NCBI GenBank assembly: GCA_015056005.1
Contig: SVHB01000001.1
Location: forward strand, 18,799-82,798
DNA from: Clostridiales bacterium
Lineage (GTDB): Bacteria; Bacillota; Clostridia; Christensenellales; UBA1750
Reading direction: 5' to 3'
Length of the DNA stretch: 64,000 nt
Below, piece after piece: positions 1 through 8,804 of the stretch (position 1 is its first letter; the number at the start of each line of letters is the position of its first letter). A program made the translations under genes and the position numbers. The notes beneath the pieces were generated by a model, which worked only from the letters and a program-made list of their open reading frames with translations, did no database searches and was not told the origin of the DNA.

Positions 1-272
1 GGCTCTTTAGTATCACATACAATCGCCGCATTGTTCAGCGTGAGAGTAGTTGGCGTTGCTGTAGGATCAAACTTGACATTGTAATTGGCTTCACTGGCGC
101 CATCACTTGTGATAGATCCGTCGTCTTTGCAGAGCAAATAGGTGATATTGTTTCCGTCTACAACATTTGTTCCGGCAACTGTGAGAGTGAAGTTATATGC
201 CCACGCTGTTGCCGGCAGCAGGGTGACCATCATGCAGATGCAGAGCATAATACCGAAAACCCGTTTTATCAT
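1..272 (-). CDS. Secreted protein, N-terminal fragment (gene runs off the window start)
   Basis: Manual reverse-complement translation from the ATG at 272-270 gives MIKRVFGIMLCICMMVTLLPATAWA/YNFTLTVAGTNVVDGNNITY... This is a Sec-type signal peptide (basic n-region, hydrophobic core, AWA cleavage motif). The frame then stays open to position 1. It is absent from the ORF track because there is no stop in the window. Confidence 0.5.
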   Translation of the reverse strand, partial: MIKRVFGIMLCICMMVTLLPATAWAYNFTLTVAGTNVVDGNNITYLLCKDDGSITSDGASEANYNVKFDPTATPTTLTLNNAAIVCDTKE

Positions 273-717
273 ATTGAATTCTTCCGTGTAAAGAAATTTT
301 ATTGCTGATCGTCGCTGTTTCTGTTTTCATAAACTATGGTTTGGATATCGCTGTCGGTATGATCTAAGGTGACAGCCCTGAAACAGCATTAATTTTAGGT
401 GTGATGGGCAGTTCTTTTTCTGTATCACATTTACGCGGTATGTCAGTGTCGATATTTTCTTCGCAAAAGCTTTTCAAAATCATCTTGAAATATCCCTTTT
501 GTTACGCTTTCCTACCAATTATATTACAATTAATTGTAAATCGTCCCCTGAGGGTCGAGTCAAGAGCTTTTGCGAAAAAGCCGGTGAATATATCTTGAAA
601 AAGGCGCGATGAAATCATGCCTTCGCAGGGATAAAAACTGCTTTGCAGATGAAAGAAAATCCACCCATCCGCCTCGAGGCTGATTTCACCCACCCGAAAA
701 GGTGGATTAATTGAAAA

Positions 718-751
718 GAACCCACACTTGTGTAAAAACAAATGTGGGTTC
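718..751 (-). terminator. Putative rho-independent terminator downstream of the four-helix-bundle gene
   Basis: GAACCCACA (718-726) pairs with TGTGGGTTC (743-751), and further pairing extends into the loop. On the minus strand the hairpin is followed by TTTTCAATT. It lies about 240 nt past the stop at 992, so the assignment is tentative. Confidence 0.35.
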
Positions 752-991
752 TCTTCTGCGAAAGACTGACCAAAAGTAGTATAACACGAGGTAAGAAAGC
801 CTAAAAGTAGTGTAAACCTACTGTCGCATCAGAAAATTGTGAGCTTCAGTCAGCAGTCTTTTTGAACTCTCGAACTGAAACACTGATATAGCAGTTTCAT
901 AATCCATTAAATGCACACTGCTTAACTCTGCTTCCTGTGCAGTTGGTACTTGGTTTTGTGAAAACAATGACACCGCAGGATTTTTCAGTTA

Positions 992-1345
992 TCATTTCAC
1001 GTTTTCCTTTGCGGTTCGGCAGGAGGCAATCAACATTGCCCTCAAGGAAGTGCATTTGGAGGAAAGGTCTTTGAACGTTTGCTCATCAATATATTTTGTT
1101 CTATACAAGAGTTCGAGCCAATAACCTGTTTCACTTGCTTCTTTCAAGGCAATTTCAAGTTTAGAAATAAAGTCTTTTTTGCCTTGCGCATATTGGGCTT
1201 CGTGGATATTGGCACCGATGCTCGTTCCGCTTCTGCCGATTTGATTGGAGATGATAGATTCCTTGACAGATTTTAGGTGTTTTACCAATTCAATAATATC
1301 AACGGAAAATTCCATAGAAAGTTCCCTAAGTTTTGATTCCTGCAT
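992..1345 (-). CDS. Four-helix-bundle protein (23S rRNA intervening-sequence protein / Avd-like family)
   Basis: ORF 992-1378. The preferred start is MQESKL at 1345, preceded by AGAGAGGTG. The sequence ...IISNQIGRSGTSIGANIHEAQYAQGKKDFISKLEIALKEASETGYWLELL... carries the typical signature of this ~115-125-aa family. Confidence 0.8.
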   Translation of the reverse strand: MQESKLRELSMEFSVDIIELVKHLKSVKESIISNQIGRSGTSIGANIHEAQYAQGKKDFISKLEIALKEASETGYWLELLYRTKYIDEQTFKDLSSKCTSLRAMLIASCRTAKENVK

Positions 1346-1399
1346 AATATACACCTCTCTTTTTACATTATGCCACAAATCAAGTATGTTTGCAAAAAA

Positions 1400-1528
1400 G
1401 TGATAAGTGATGTTGCTTTGCTGTGATAAGTGATGCGATGCGTTCCATCCACGCGCCGCAGGCGTGCATCACAGGCGAAGCCTGCATCATGCACGAAGTG
1501 CGCATCACGTTCCGCAGGAACGCATCAC
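1400..1528. repeat. Array of short GTGATG/CATCAC-core repeats between the tRNA terminator and the four-helix-bundle gene
   Basis: GTGATAAGTGATG occurs twice (1400-1412 and 1423-1435). GCATCA(C/T) occurs at 1466, 1484, 1502 and 1522, spaced 18, 18 and 20 nt apart. GATGCGTTCC (about 1437-1446) and GGAACGCATC (1517-1526) form a 10-nt inverted repeat. Inner hairpins include CACGC...GCGTG and CGTTCC..GGAACG. Confidence 0.5.
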
Positions 1529-1530
1529 TC

Positions 1531-1564
1531 AAAAAAGCCTAATGCTTTCGCATTAGGCTTTTTT
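1531..1564 (-). terminator. Rho-independent (bidirectional-type) terminator immediately 3' of tRNA-Arg
   Basis: The sequence is AAAAA-AGCCTAATGC-TTTC-GCATTAGGCT-TTTTT. This is a perfect 10-bp stem flanked by an A-tract and a T-tract. Confidence 0.8.
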
Positions 1565-1566
1565 GT

Positions 1567-1643
1567 TGGCGTACCCGGCGGGATTCGAACCCGCGACCGC
1601 CGGAGTCGGAGTCCGGTACTCTATCCAGCTGAGCTACGGGTAC
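1567..1643 (-). tRNA. tRNA-Arg (anticodon CCG), 77 nt, CCA encoded
   Basis: The reverse complement folds by hand into a cloverleaf. Acceptor arm GTACCCG/CGGGTAC, D arm GCTC-AGCTGGATA-GAGT, anticodon arm CCGGA-CTCCGAC-TCCGG (anticodon CCG), variable loop CGGTC, T arm GCGGG-TTCGAAT-CCCGC, discriminator G, then CCA. Confidence 0.93.
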
Positions 1644-1725
1644 ACGCTGTTCATTCATTTTAACATAACAGGATTTTTCGGTCAAGAAAAAAGAGCGAGC
1701 CAAGCTCGCCCTTGCATGCGGTTTA

Positions 1726-2040
1726 TTAAGCTTTAAGGTTGTTGTGGAAGGAAACGCGATTGTCCTTGCAGAAGGCTGAAACTTCCTTCTTATACTGCTC
1801 CCAGTATTCCTTTTCATCAGCTTCAAAAAGAACGAGGGGGTTCGAAGCGCCGCGGACGGTGATGCTGATCTTTTCGGAGGGAACGGTTTTGAGACCGAAA
1901 AGCTTTTTGACAGAGGAATTGTCAAACTGGATGCTTACGATCTTGTCGTAGGTCAGGTTAACAACGCGAGCGCGCTTTCCGCTGGTATCAAAAAAGACGA
2001 TTTCGGTTTTATCGCAAGTAATTTTCGGGCGGGATGCCAT
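1726..2040 (-). CDS. Hypothetical small protein (about 104 aa)
   Basis: ORF 1726-2049. The likely start is MASRPK at 2040, behind AAGGAG. I recognise no motif. It is possibly a small beta-rich (PH-like) domain. Confidence 0.55.
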   Translation of the reverse strand: MASRPKITCDKTEIVFFDTSGKRARVVNLTYDKIVSIQFDNSSVKKLFGLKTVPSEKISITVRGASNPLVLFEADEKEYWEQYKKEVSAFCKDNRVSFHNNLKA

Positions 2041-2171
2041 TTTGAGCAACTCCTTTATCTGGTATTTTTATCAACGAATACATTATAGCATATTTCGGTT
2101 AGTTGTGCCATACTTTTGTTGACTCGGTAACAAAAATAAATAAAAAAAGTATGTTGTAACCGGGAAATATA

Positions 2172-2180
2172 TGGTACAAT
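2172..2180 (+). promoter_or_regulatory. Candidate extended -10 promoter element upstream of the glycoside-hydrolase gene run
   Basis: TGgTACAAT lies at 2172-2180 in the AT-rich intergenic region, about 70 nt upstream of the ATG at 2247. A TTGTAA lies upstream of it. This is pattern evidence only. Confidence 0.25.
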
Positions 2181-2246
2181 GTATGCGGATGATATAAAAA
2201 TCGCAGTTTTTTGTTTGACTTATGAAGTCAAAGAGGGAGCAAGGCT

Positions 2247-4307
2247 ATGATCATCACCAAAAAGTGTTATGAGATCAAAGCGGAAACCGGCGGAAGGCTC
2301 GTCTTTTTGAAGGACGATAAGCCGTTTTTTGCCGTACCCATGGCAGTAACGGTGTCGGGTACGGCTTCAAGGCTGGAGCTTGAGAGCTGCGGCGAAAACG
2401 AGATCGTATACCTTGGATACGGAGAAAAAATGACGGCAAGTCTGCTTGATGACTGTGTCATGATTTCCTATCGGAAAACTGCCAAAGAGGATATGGCAAT
2501 AGGTGTGGTCAAAGCGTTTATCGATGAAGGGCGGGGCATGACCCTTTTCGGGTTTGACCGCGCTTTTAGCCCTCAGCCGAGGAACAACGCGGGCAAGAAT
2601 ATGGACTATTACCACCGTCTGCCCGATATTTCCGTGAACGGCTATTTTTCACCGCCAATGCTCCAGATGAGCATCGGCAGCCCGTCAGGCTGGGTATCGC
2701 TGGGGCTTTTGGATATCCCCGATACCAAGATATGCAAGCTTGATGATGATTTTTCCTTCCTCATCGAAAGCTGCGGCGGCAACAAGGTGATCAAAAAGGG
2801 CGAAGACTACTGCATGCCGAGGGTGCTCATATCCTTCCCGAAGGACGAATGGAGCGCCATCGAAGATTTCCGCAAAAAACTCGAAGCATTTGGGCTTTAC
2901 GAACCAAAACTGCCCGATTTTTCCGACATTCCTTCATGGTGGAAAAATCCTTTCGTCTGCACCTACGGCGATCAGCTGATAGAGCGCAGGGTAGGGCAGA
3001 AGATCGATGAGGAATGGGTAAAAGACTTTGTAGATGTTGCTGAGCGTGATTGGGGTCATGAGCAGGTGAACCTGATCATAGACGATTCATGGCAGCTCAG
3101 CCATTCCATGGAGCCCATTGCCGATAAGGATCGCTTCCCCGACCTCAGGCGCCTGATAGATGCTCTGCACGAAAGAGGTCATCATGTTATCCTTTGGATC
3201 ACTCCTCTTTTTGATAAGACCACCAACGGTTTTGTGACCAGAGCGAAAAAGATGGGCGTTTTATCGGAATATGAGTATAAACCGCCTGTTTTCGGCACGT
3301 ATTTTGATTCCTTTCCCGGCTGCTATGCCATCGATTATACAAGCGATAACGCAAGGGAGTTTGTGAAAGCGTTCGTTTCCGATATGTTTGGAAGCGGCGA
3401 AGGTCAGTTCAACGCAGACGGCGTGAAGCTCGATTTTCTGGGAACGCTGAGAGATCCTGCGCAGACAAAGGCGTATGCGCACCCCGAGCGCGGCATCGGT
3501 TTGACCGAGCTCAAGCTTTTCTACGAAATGTTCTATCAGGAGGCAAGGAAGATAAAGCCCGATGTGCTCATAGATTCGTCCGTAGGCGATCCCAGATTTG
3601 AGCATCTGATCAGTTTCAACCGCCTGCACGACACCCACTGCGGATATATCGAAAAAGAAATGCGCGCAAGGATATCCTCGCTCGGCTGTCCCAAGCTGCC
3701 CATCGATTCCGACGGCGCGCTGATGTTCAACAGCTGGCTTAAAAACCATTATATAAGCGCTGCGATATATTCGGTGCCTTCCAATTATTATCTGAAGGTT
3801 TATCACGACTTTTATGCTTCAAGAGGTCCCGAGAAGGAATTCGGCGATCTTTGGGATGATATAGAGCCTGTCGAACTGACCAAAAAAGAAAAGCTGCAGT
3901 TCGGCAATCTTTTCTCGATGGTAAAGCATCGCCCCAACGGCCGTGCGGTCATGCGTGATTTCGGCTCATGGGAGCTTTGGGATGAAGGCAAGGTAAACGG
4001 TATTTCACAAAAGGGCGAGACTGTTGTATATTACCCGGAGCAAAAGGGCGGAACGGGATATATATTCACCTTCCAGAACGAAGTTATCGTGATCCCCCTT
4101 CACGGAAGAAAACTTTCAAAGCTTTCCCCCGAGCCCAAAGGAGGCTATCTTGAAACCGATTATGCAAGGGATATCGCCATAATGAGGCTGAACCCGGGCG
4201 TTGTGCACACATTTGTGGACGAAGACGACGGCACATCCGTTGACAGGATGCTTTCAATGAACATGACCGAAAAAGCGGAAGAGGATATGAACTATGTGAA
4301 CGGCTGA
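2247..4307 (+). CDS. Putative glycoside hydrolase, TIM-barrel clan GH-D-like (alpha-galactosidase/melibiase superfamily), family uncertain
   Basis: 686-aa ORF with RBS GAGGGAG. The motifs LIIDDSWQ and GVKLDFL resemble the (K/I)DDGW and KxD nucleophile motifs of GH27/GH36-type enzymes. The neighbouring genes are carbohydrate-related. Confidence 0.55.
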   Translation: MIITKKCYEIKAETGGRLVFLKDDKPFFAVPMAVTVSGTASRLELESCGENEIVYLGYGEKMTASLLDDCVMISYRKTAKEDMAIGVVKAFIDEGRGMTLFGFDRAFSPQPRNNAGKNMDYYHRLPDISVNGYFSPPMLQMSIGSPSGWVSLGLLDIPDTKICKLDDDFSFLIESCGGNKVIKKGEDYCMPRVLISFPKDEWSAIEDFRKKLEAFGLYEPKLPDFSDIPSWWKNPFVCTYGDQLIERRVGQKIDEEWVKDFVDVAERDWGHEQVNLIIDDSWQLSHSMEPIADKDRFPDLRRLIDALHERGHHVILWITPLFDKTTNGFVTRAKKMGVLSEYEYKPPVFGTYFDSFPGCYAIDYTSDNAREFVKAFVSDMFGSGEGQFNADGVKLDFLGTLRDPAQTKAYAHPERGIGLTELKLFYEMFYQEARKIKPDVLIDSSVGDPRFEHLISFNRLHDTHCGYIEKEMRARISSLGCPKLPIDSDGALMFNSWLKNHYISAAIYSVPSNYYLKVYHDFYASRGPEKEFGDLWDDIEPVELTKKEKLQFGNLFSMVKHRPNGRAVMRDFGSWELWDEGKVNGISQKGETVVYYPEQKGGTGYIFTFQNEVIVIPLHGRKLSKLSPEPKGGYLETDYARDIAIMRLNPGVVHTFVDEDDGTSVDRMLSMNMTEKAEEDMNYVNG

Positions 4308-4370
4308 GCCGATCCATATTCAGTATAAATGAATTTCCAAGGCGTAAACATAGAAAAAGGAGAGTAAAAC

Positions 4371-7300
4371 ATGCTTTATCCGAAAAACCAAACCCCGCAG
4401 CTCGATGCGGCGCTGTTCAAAAAGCCCACGAGCGAATACCGCGGTACGCCTTTCTGGGCGTGGAACAACAAGCTTGATAAGGATCAGCTTGAACGTGAGA
4501 TCGAATACATGAAGGAGATGGGTCTGGGCGGCTTCCATATGCATTCCCGCACAGGAATGGCTACCCATTATCTTTCCGATGAATTCATGAGCATGGTAAA
4601 AGCCTGCGTTGAAAAGGCACGCAAGGAAGAGATGCTCGCTTGGCTCTACGACGAGGACAGATGGCCCTCAGGCGCAGCCGGCGGTATCGTTACTGCCGAT
4701 GAAAAATACCGCAGCCGTTATATCGTCTTTACTCCTTATTCCGATGAAGACGTAAAAACCGGCAAGGTCACCATCGAGCAGGCCACCAACTCCAGAGCCA
4801 CCAACTCCAGAAGCGGCAACGATACCCTTATCGCTTCCTATGATGTCGAGCTCGACGAAAACGGCTGCCTTAAGTCCTACAAGATTTTGAAGGACGGAGA
4901 AAAGGCCCAGCACAAGGCGTGGTATGCATATCTTACCATAGCAGGCCCCAACCCCTGGTACAACAACCAGTGCTACTTGAACACCCTTGACCCCAAGTCT
5001 GTTGAAAAGTTCGTCGAGGTCACTCACGAGCGCTATAAGGAAGTTGTAGGCGACGATTTCGGCGGCATCATTCCCGCTATCTTCACCGATGAGCCCCAGT
5101 TTGCAAGAAAATCCACCCTCGGCTTTGCAGATGAAGAAAAGGAGATCGGCCTTCCATGGACCGACGATCTGCCCAAGACCTATGCTGAGGCTTATGACGG
5201 CGCAGACGTAATGGCGACCTTCCCCGAGCTTATCTGGAACCTGCCCGACAACAAACCCTCGCTTGCAAGATACCGCTATCATGACCACATTTCCGAAAGG
5301 TTCGCGGGCGCGTTTGCAGATACCATCGGCAGCTGGTGTAAAAAGAACAATATCATGCTCACCGGTCATATGATGGAAGAACCCACCCTCGAAAGCCAGA
5401 CCGCAGCGCTTGGCGAGGCTATGCGTTCCTATCGTTCCTTCGGTCTGCCCGGCATCGATATCCTTTGCGACAGAAGAGAATATACGACCGCAAAGCAGGC
5501 TCAGTCCGCTGCCCATCAGTACGGCTATCCCGGCGTTCTTTCCGAGCTCTACGGCGTTACCAACTGGGATTTCGATTTCAGAGGTCATAAGCTGCAGGGC
5601 GACTGGCAGGCGGCTATGGGCATCACCGTCAGAGTACATCACCTGACCTGGGTATCCATGAACGGCGAAGCAAAGCGCGACTATCCCGCATCCATCGGCT
5701 ATCAGAGCCCCTGGTACAAGGAATATCCCATCGTAGAGGATCATTTTGCCAGAGTAAACACCGCTCTTACCCGCGGCAAGCCCGTGGTAAAGGTCGGCGT
5801 TGTGCATCCCGTTGAGAGCTATTGGCTCCAGTGGGGTCCCAGAGAGCAGACCGCAGAAATGCGCGAAGAAATGGACAGGCATTTTGCCGATGTTACCCAT
5901 TGGTTGCTCTTTGGTCAGATGGACTTCAACTACATCAGTGAATCCCTCCTGCCCACCCAGTGCGAAGTCGGCGGCGCTCCCTTGAAGGTCGGTCAGATGG
6001 CATACGACGCAATTATCGTTCCCGATATGCGCACTATCAGAAAGACCACCTTTGACCGTCTGCAGGCGTTTAAGAAGGCAGGCGGCAAGCTCATCATCAT
6101 GGGCAACGCTCCCACTCTTATGGATGCAGTCGAGTCGGAAGAAGTCAAGCAGCTTGCCCAGGGCGCAAACGTCATTTCCTTTGCAAAGGGCGCGCTCATG
6201 AGCGCTCTGGAAGATGACCGTCTGGTCGATATCCGCAAGGGCGGTGCTTCTGCGGGCGCAGGCTCCAGATGCGATGATTTCATCTACCAGCTGCGTCAGG
6301 ACGGCGACAGCCGCTGGCTGTTCGTCTGCCATAACGACAGACCTTCCCAGCTTGATGTTCTGCCCGATGAGCATATCCAGATCAGGCTGCGCGGTCAGTG
6401 GAAGCCTACCTTATATAATACCATGAACGGCGAGATCACTCCCATGGGTGCAAGGTATGTCGGCGGCTGGACTTATATCGAGTTCGTTGTAAATGCCTGC
6501 GATTCCATCCTGCTCAAGCTCGACGAAGGCAAGGCTGAGGCTCAGGCTCCCGTTGAATATACCGACCGTACCGGCACTCCCCTCAGAAGGATCGTGCCCG
6601 TGACCCTCTCCGAGCCCAACGTGCTGGTGCTTGATATGGCAGAGCACAGGCTGGATGACGCTAAAGAGTGGCAGGCAGAGGAAGAGATCCTCCGTCTGGA
6701 CGATATGTACCGCAAGCAGCTTGGCTTCCCCATCAGGATGGACGCAGTTCCCCAGCCTTGGGTCATTCCCGATGAGCCGATCACTCATACCTTGCATGTG
6801 CGCTACACCTTTGAAAGCGACAGGGATATCGAAGGCGCTCTTATTGCAATCGAAGACGCAGAAAGAGTTACCGTTACCTTAAACGGCGTGAAGGCTGAGG
6901 GCAGCATCAAGGGTTATTTCGTTGACGAATGCATAAAGACCATGGATCTGCCCAAGATCGTTAAGGGCACAAACGTAATGGTCGTCGATATGCCCTTCGG
7001 CAAGCGCACCAACCCCGAAAACTGCTTCATCCTCGGTGATTTCGGCGTAGATATCAAGGGTGTAAAGCGCGTTCTTACTTCACCCGTGACCGAGCTCGGC
7101 TTTGGTGATGCAGCGGTTCAGGGTCTGCCCCATTACGCAGGCAACATCACCTATCATCTGCCCATTGACGGAAACGGCGATATTGAGCTTGGCATCACCC
7201 ATTACAAGGGCGCGCTGATCTCGGTTGATGTATGCGGCAAGCGCGTAGGCGAGATCGTATATCCTCCCTATAGGCTCAAGATCAGGGATATCCCCTCTGA

Positions 7301-7487
7301 TGCAAAGACCATCGACGTGACCGTTTTCGGCAATCGCGTGAATGCCTTCGGCGCTTTGCACAATGTCGATTCCTCCGTCACCTGGTACGGTCCCAACGCA
7401 TGGCGAAGCAAGGGCGACGGCTGGGCATATGAATATAACCTCAGAAAGTTCGGCATCCTTACTTCTCCCACTGTCAGGAAAATTTAA
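4371..7487 (+). CDS. Large glycoside-hydrolase-like protein (jelly-roll / GH106-like type), family tentative
   Basis: 1038-aa ORF with RBS AAAGGAG. The N-terminus ...YRGTPFWAWNNKLDKDQLEREIEYMKEMGLGGFHMHSRTGM is the hallmark opening of this hydrolase group. It is a paralogue of 14887-18306. Confidence 0.6.
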   Translation: MLYPKNQTPQLDAALFKKPTSEYRGTPFWAWNNKLDKDQLEREIEYMKEMGLGGFHMHSRTGMATHYLSDEFMSMVKACVEKARKEEMLAWLYDEDRWPSGAAGGIVTADEKYRSRYIVFTPYSDEDVKTGKVTIEQATNSRATNSRSGNDTLIASYDVELDENGCLKSYKILKDGEKAQHKAWYAYLTIAGPNPWYNNQCYLNTLDPKSVEKFVEVTHERYKEVVGDDFGGIIPAIFTDEPQFARKSTLGFADEEKEIGLPWTDDLPKTYAEAYDGADVMATFPELIWNLPDNKPSLARYRYHDHISERFAGAFADTIGSWCKKNNIMLTGHMMEEPTLESQTAALGEAMRSYRSFGLPGIDILCDRREYTTAKQAQSAAHQYGYPGVLSELYGVTNWDFDFRGHKLQGDWQAAMGITVRVHHLTWVSMNGEAKRDYPASIGYQSPWYKEYPIVEDHFARVNTALTRGKPVVKVGVVHPVESYWLQWGPREQTAEMREEMDRHFADVTHWLLFGQMDFNYISESLLPTQCEVGGAPLKVGQMAYDAIIVPDMRTIRKTTFDRLQAFKKAGGKLIIMGNAPTLMDAVESEEVKQLAQGANVISFAKGALMSALEDDRLVDIRKGGASAGAGSRCDDFIYQLRQDGDSRWLFVCHNDRPSQLDVLPDEHIQIRLRGQWKPTLYNTMNGEITPMGARYVGGWTYIEFVVNACDSILLKLDEGKAEAQAPVEYTDRTGTPLRRIVPVTLSEPNVLVLDMAEHRLDDAKEWQAEEEILRLDDMYRKQLGFPIRMDAVPQPWVIPDEPITHTLHVRYTFESDRDIEGALIAIEDAERVTVTLNGVKAEGSIKGYFVDECIKTMDLPKIVKGTNVMVVDMPFGKRTNPENCFILGDFGVDIKGVKRVLTSPVTELGFGDAAVQGLPHYAGNITYHLPIDGNGDIELGITHYKGALISVDVCGKRVGEIVYPPYRLKIRDIPSDAKTIDVTVFGNRVNAFGALHNVDSSVTWYGPNAWRSKGDGWAYEYNLRKFGILTSPTVRKI

Positions 7488-7507
7488 TATGTAAACACTG
7501 CTATCCG

Positions 7508-7533
7508 GCGGAGAGCTTATGCTCTCCGCTTTT
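7508..7533 (+). terminator. Rho-independent terminator after the 1038-aa hydrolase gene
   Basis: GCGGAGAGC-TTAT-GCTCTCCGC followed by TTTT, about 20 nt after the stop codon. Confidence 0.8.
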
Positions 7534-7633
7534 GGCTTTATAAACGTGAAAATTATATGAAAGGCTTTTATTTGGGGCTTGATTGTGATATGATATATAA
7601 TCGGATATTGATATTCTGGGGTGATATGCCGTT

Positions 7634-8770
7634 ATGGATGAAAGCCTTAAAAGCAGCCTTATATGCTGGCGCAGAACGCTTCATACTTTCCCTGAGGGCG
7701 GGCTTGAGGAAGTGCGCACGCATGATTATATTGTAAGCATACTTGAGCCTCTGAAGCCCGACAAGCTCGAGACTATCGCCGGCACGGGCGTAAAATGCGT
7801 GTTTTACGGAAAAGACAGGGAGCGCGCCATCGCTTTCAGGGCGGATATGGATGCGCTGCAGATAGATGAAAAGACCGGCGTTGAGTTTTGCTCACAAAGA
7901 GAAGGGTATATGCATGCCTGCGGGCACGACGGACATATGTCTATCGCGCTTGCAACTGCTCACTATGCCAAAGAGCTCAGGGATAAAGGGCTATTGAGTA
8001 TTTCCGTGACCGTGATCTTCCAGCCTGCCGAGGAATCCATCGGCGGCGCATGGAGGATGATAGAAGGCGGCGCGCTTGAAGATCCGCATGTTGAGCATAT
8101 TTTCGGTCTGCACCTGATGCCCGATCTTGATATCGGAAAGATCGGGATCAAATCGGGCGCACTTATGGCGGGCACCAGCGAGCTGGATATCGTGCTTTAC
8201 GGCGATACCGCCCATGGCGCGATGCCGCACAAGGGCTCGGACGCAATCGCCGCGATGTGCCATATCTATACCATGATACAAACCGCAATATCAAGGGAAA
8301 ACCCGGGAGACACGATGCTGTTTTCCATAGGCAGAGTGGATGCGGGTACAAGGCGCAATATCCTTGCGGGCGAGGTGACCATGCAGGGCATTGCAAGGAC
8401 TTTTTCAAACCAAAGCAACGAAAGGCTCATGGAGATCATCAAAGCCGCGATAGCTTCTGCGGGTACGATGTTCGGGATAAAGGGAGAGCTCAAGATATTT
8501 TCAAGGTATAACCCTGTCATAAACGACGATGCCGATGCAAAAAAGCTGATCGAGCTTGCGGGCGATATGTATTATGACCAGCCTTCCGTGATGATAGCTG
8601 AGGATTTTTCCTGCTATCTTGAAGAGCGCCCGGGCGTGTTCTATTTCCTGGGCTGCGGCGATGAAAACCACAGGGCGGGTCTGCACAGCGAGTTCTTCGA
8701 TTTTGACGAACAGGCGCTTTTGATCGGCGCAAAGTTCATGAGAAAGATTCTTGACGACTATAACGGATGA
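7634..8770 (+). CDS. M20-family amidohydrolase (N-acyl-L-amino acid amidohydrolase / hippurate hydrolase type)
   Basis: 378 aa. It has the metal-ligand motif MHACGHDGH, FQPAEE, and the overall M20D layout. Confidence 0.85.
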   Translation: MDESLKSSLICWRRTLHTFPEGGLEEVRTHDYIVSILEPLKPDKLETIAGTGVKCVFYGKDRERAIAFRADMDALQIDEKTGVEFCSQREGYMHACGHDGHMSIALATAHYAKELRDKGLLSISVTVIFQPAEESIGGAWRMIEGGALEDPHVEHIFGLHLMPDLDIGKIGIKSGALMAGTSELDIVLYGDTAHGAMPHKGSDAIAAMCHIYTMIQTAISRENPGDTMLFSIGRVDAGTRRNILAGEVTMQGIARTFSNQSNERLMEIIKAAIASAGTMFGIKGELKIFSRYNPVINDDADAKKLIELAGDMYYDQPSVMIAEDFSCYLEERPGVFYFLGCGDENHRAGLHSEFFDFDEQALLIGAKFMRKILDDYNG

Positions 8771-8804
8771 CGTTTATATAAAGCGTAACTAAGGAGTAAA
8801 AGAC

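Noticed and set aside
401-991. Small ORFs (401-598 plus-strand, 502-741 minus-strand) and a possible riboswitch or ncRNA in the ~720-nt non-coding stretch.
   Set aside because: The ORFs lack RBSs and have odd composition. I could not recognise any known riboswitch or ncRNA consensus. Only a terminator-like hairpin (718-751) is supportable.
1400-1530. Short spaced repeats considered as a mini CRISPR array.
   Set aside because: The repeat cores are only 7-13 nt at 18-23-nt spacing, occur in mixed orientation, and have no cas genes nearby. This is inconsistent with CRISPR.
1430-1663. 77-aa plus-strand ORF, and the 128-aa minus-strand ORF 1539-1925.
   Set aside because: Both run through the tRNA-Arg gene and its terminator. 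The tRNA cloverleaf is unambiguous, so these are spurious.
273-2049. Possible diversity-generating retroelement, because the four-helix-bundle protein (992-1345) belongs to the same family as DGR Avd.
   Set aside because: No reverse transcriptase ORF, no C-type-lectin or Ig-like target gene with a 3' variable region, and no TR/VR repeat pair is visible nearby. Members of this family are often stand-alone.
1-2100. tRNA-Arg as the integration site of a genomic island or prophage.
   Set aside because: No integrase, no excisionase, and no direct repeat of the tRNA 3' end was seen in the window. The nearby genes are small and non-mobile in character.
4668-6374. 568-aa minus-strand ORF, plus similar ones at 15451-16134, 11763-12701 and 58598-59212.
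   Set aside because: They are antisense shadows of well-supported plus-strand genes (hydrolases, the guaA-like gene, the URO-D family gene). They have no recognisable motifs and their composition is implausible for real proteins.
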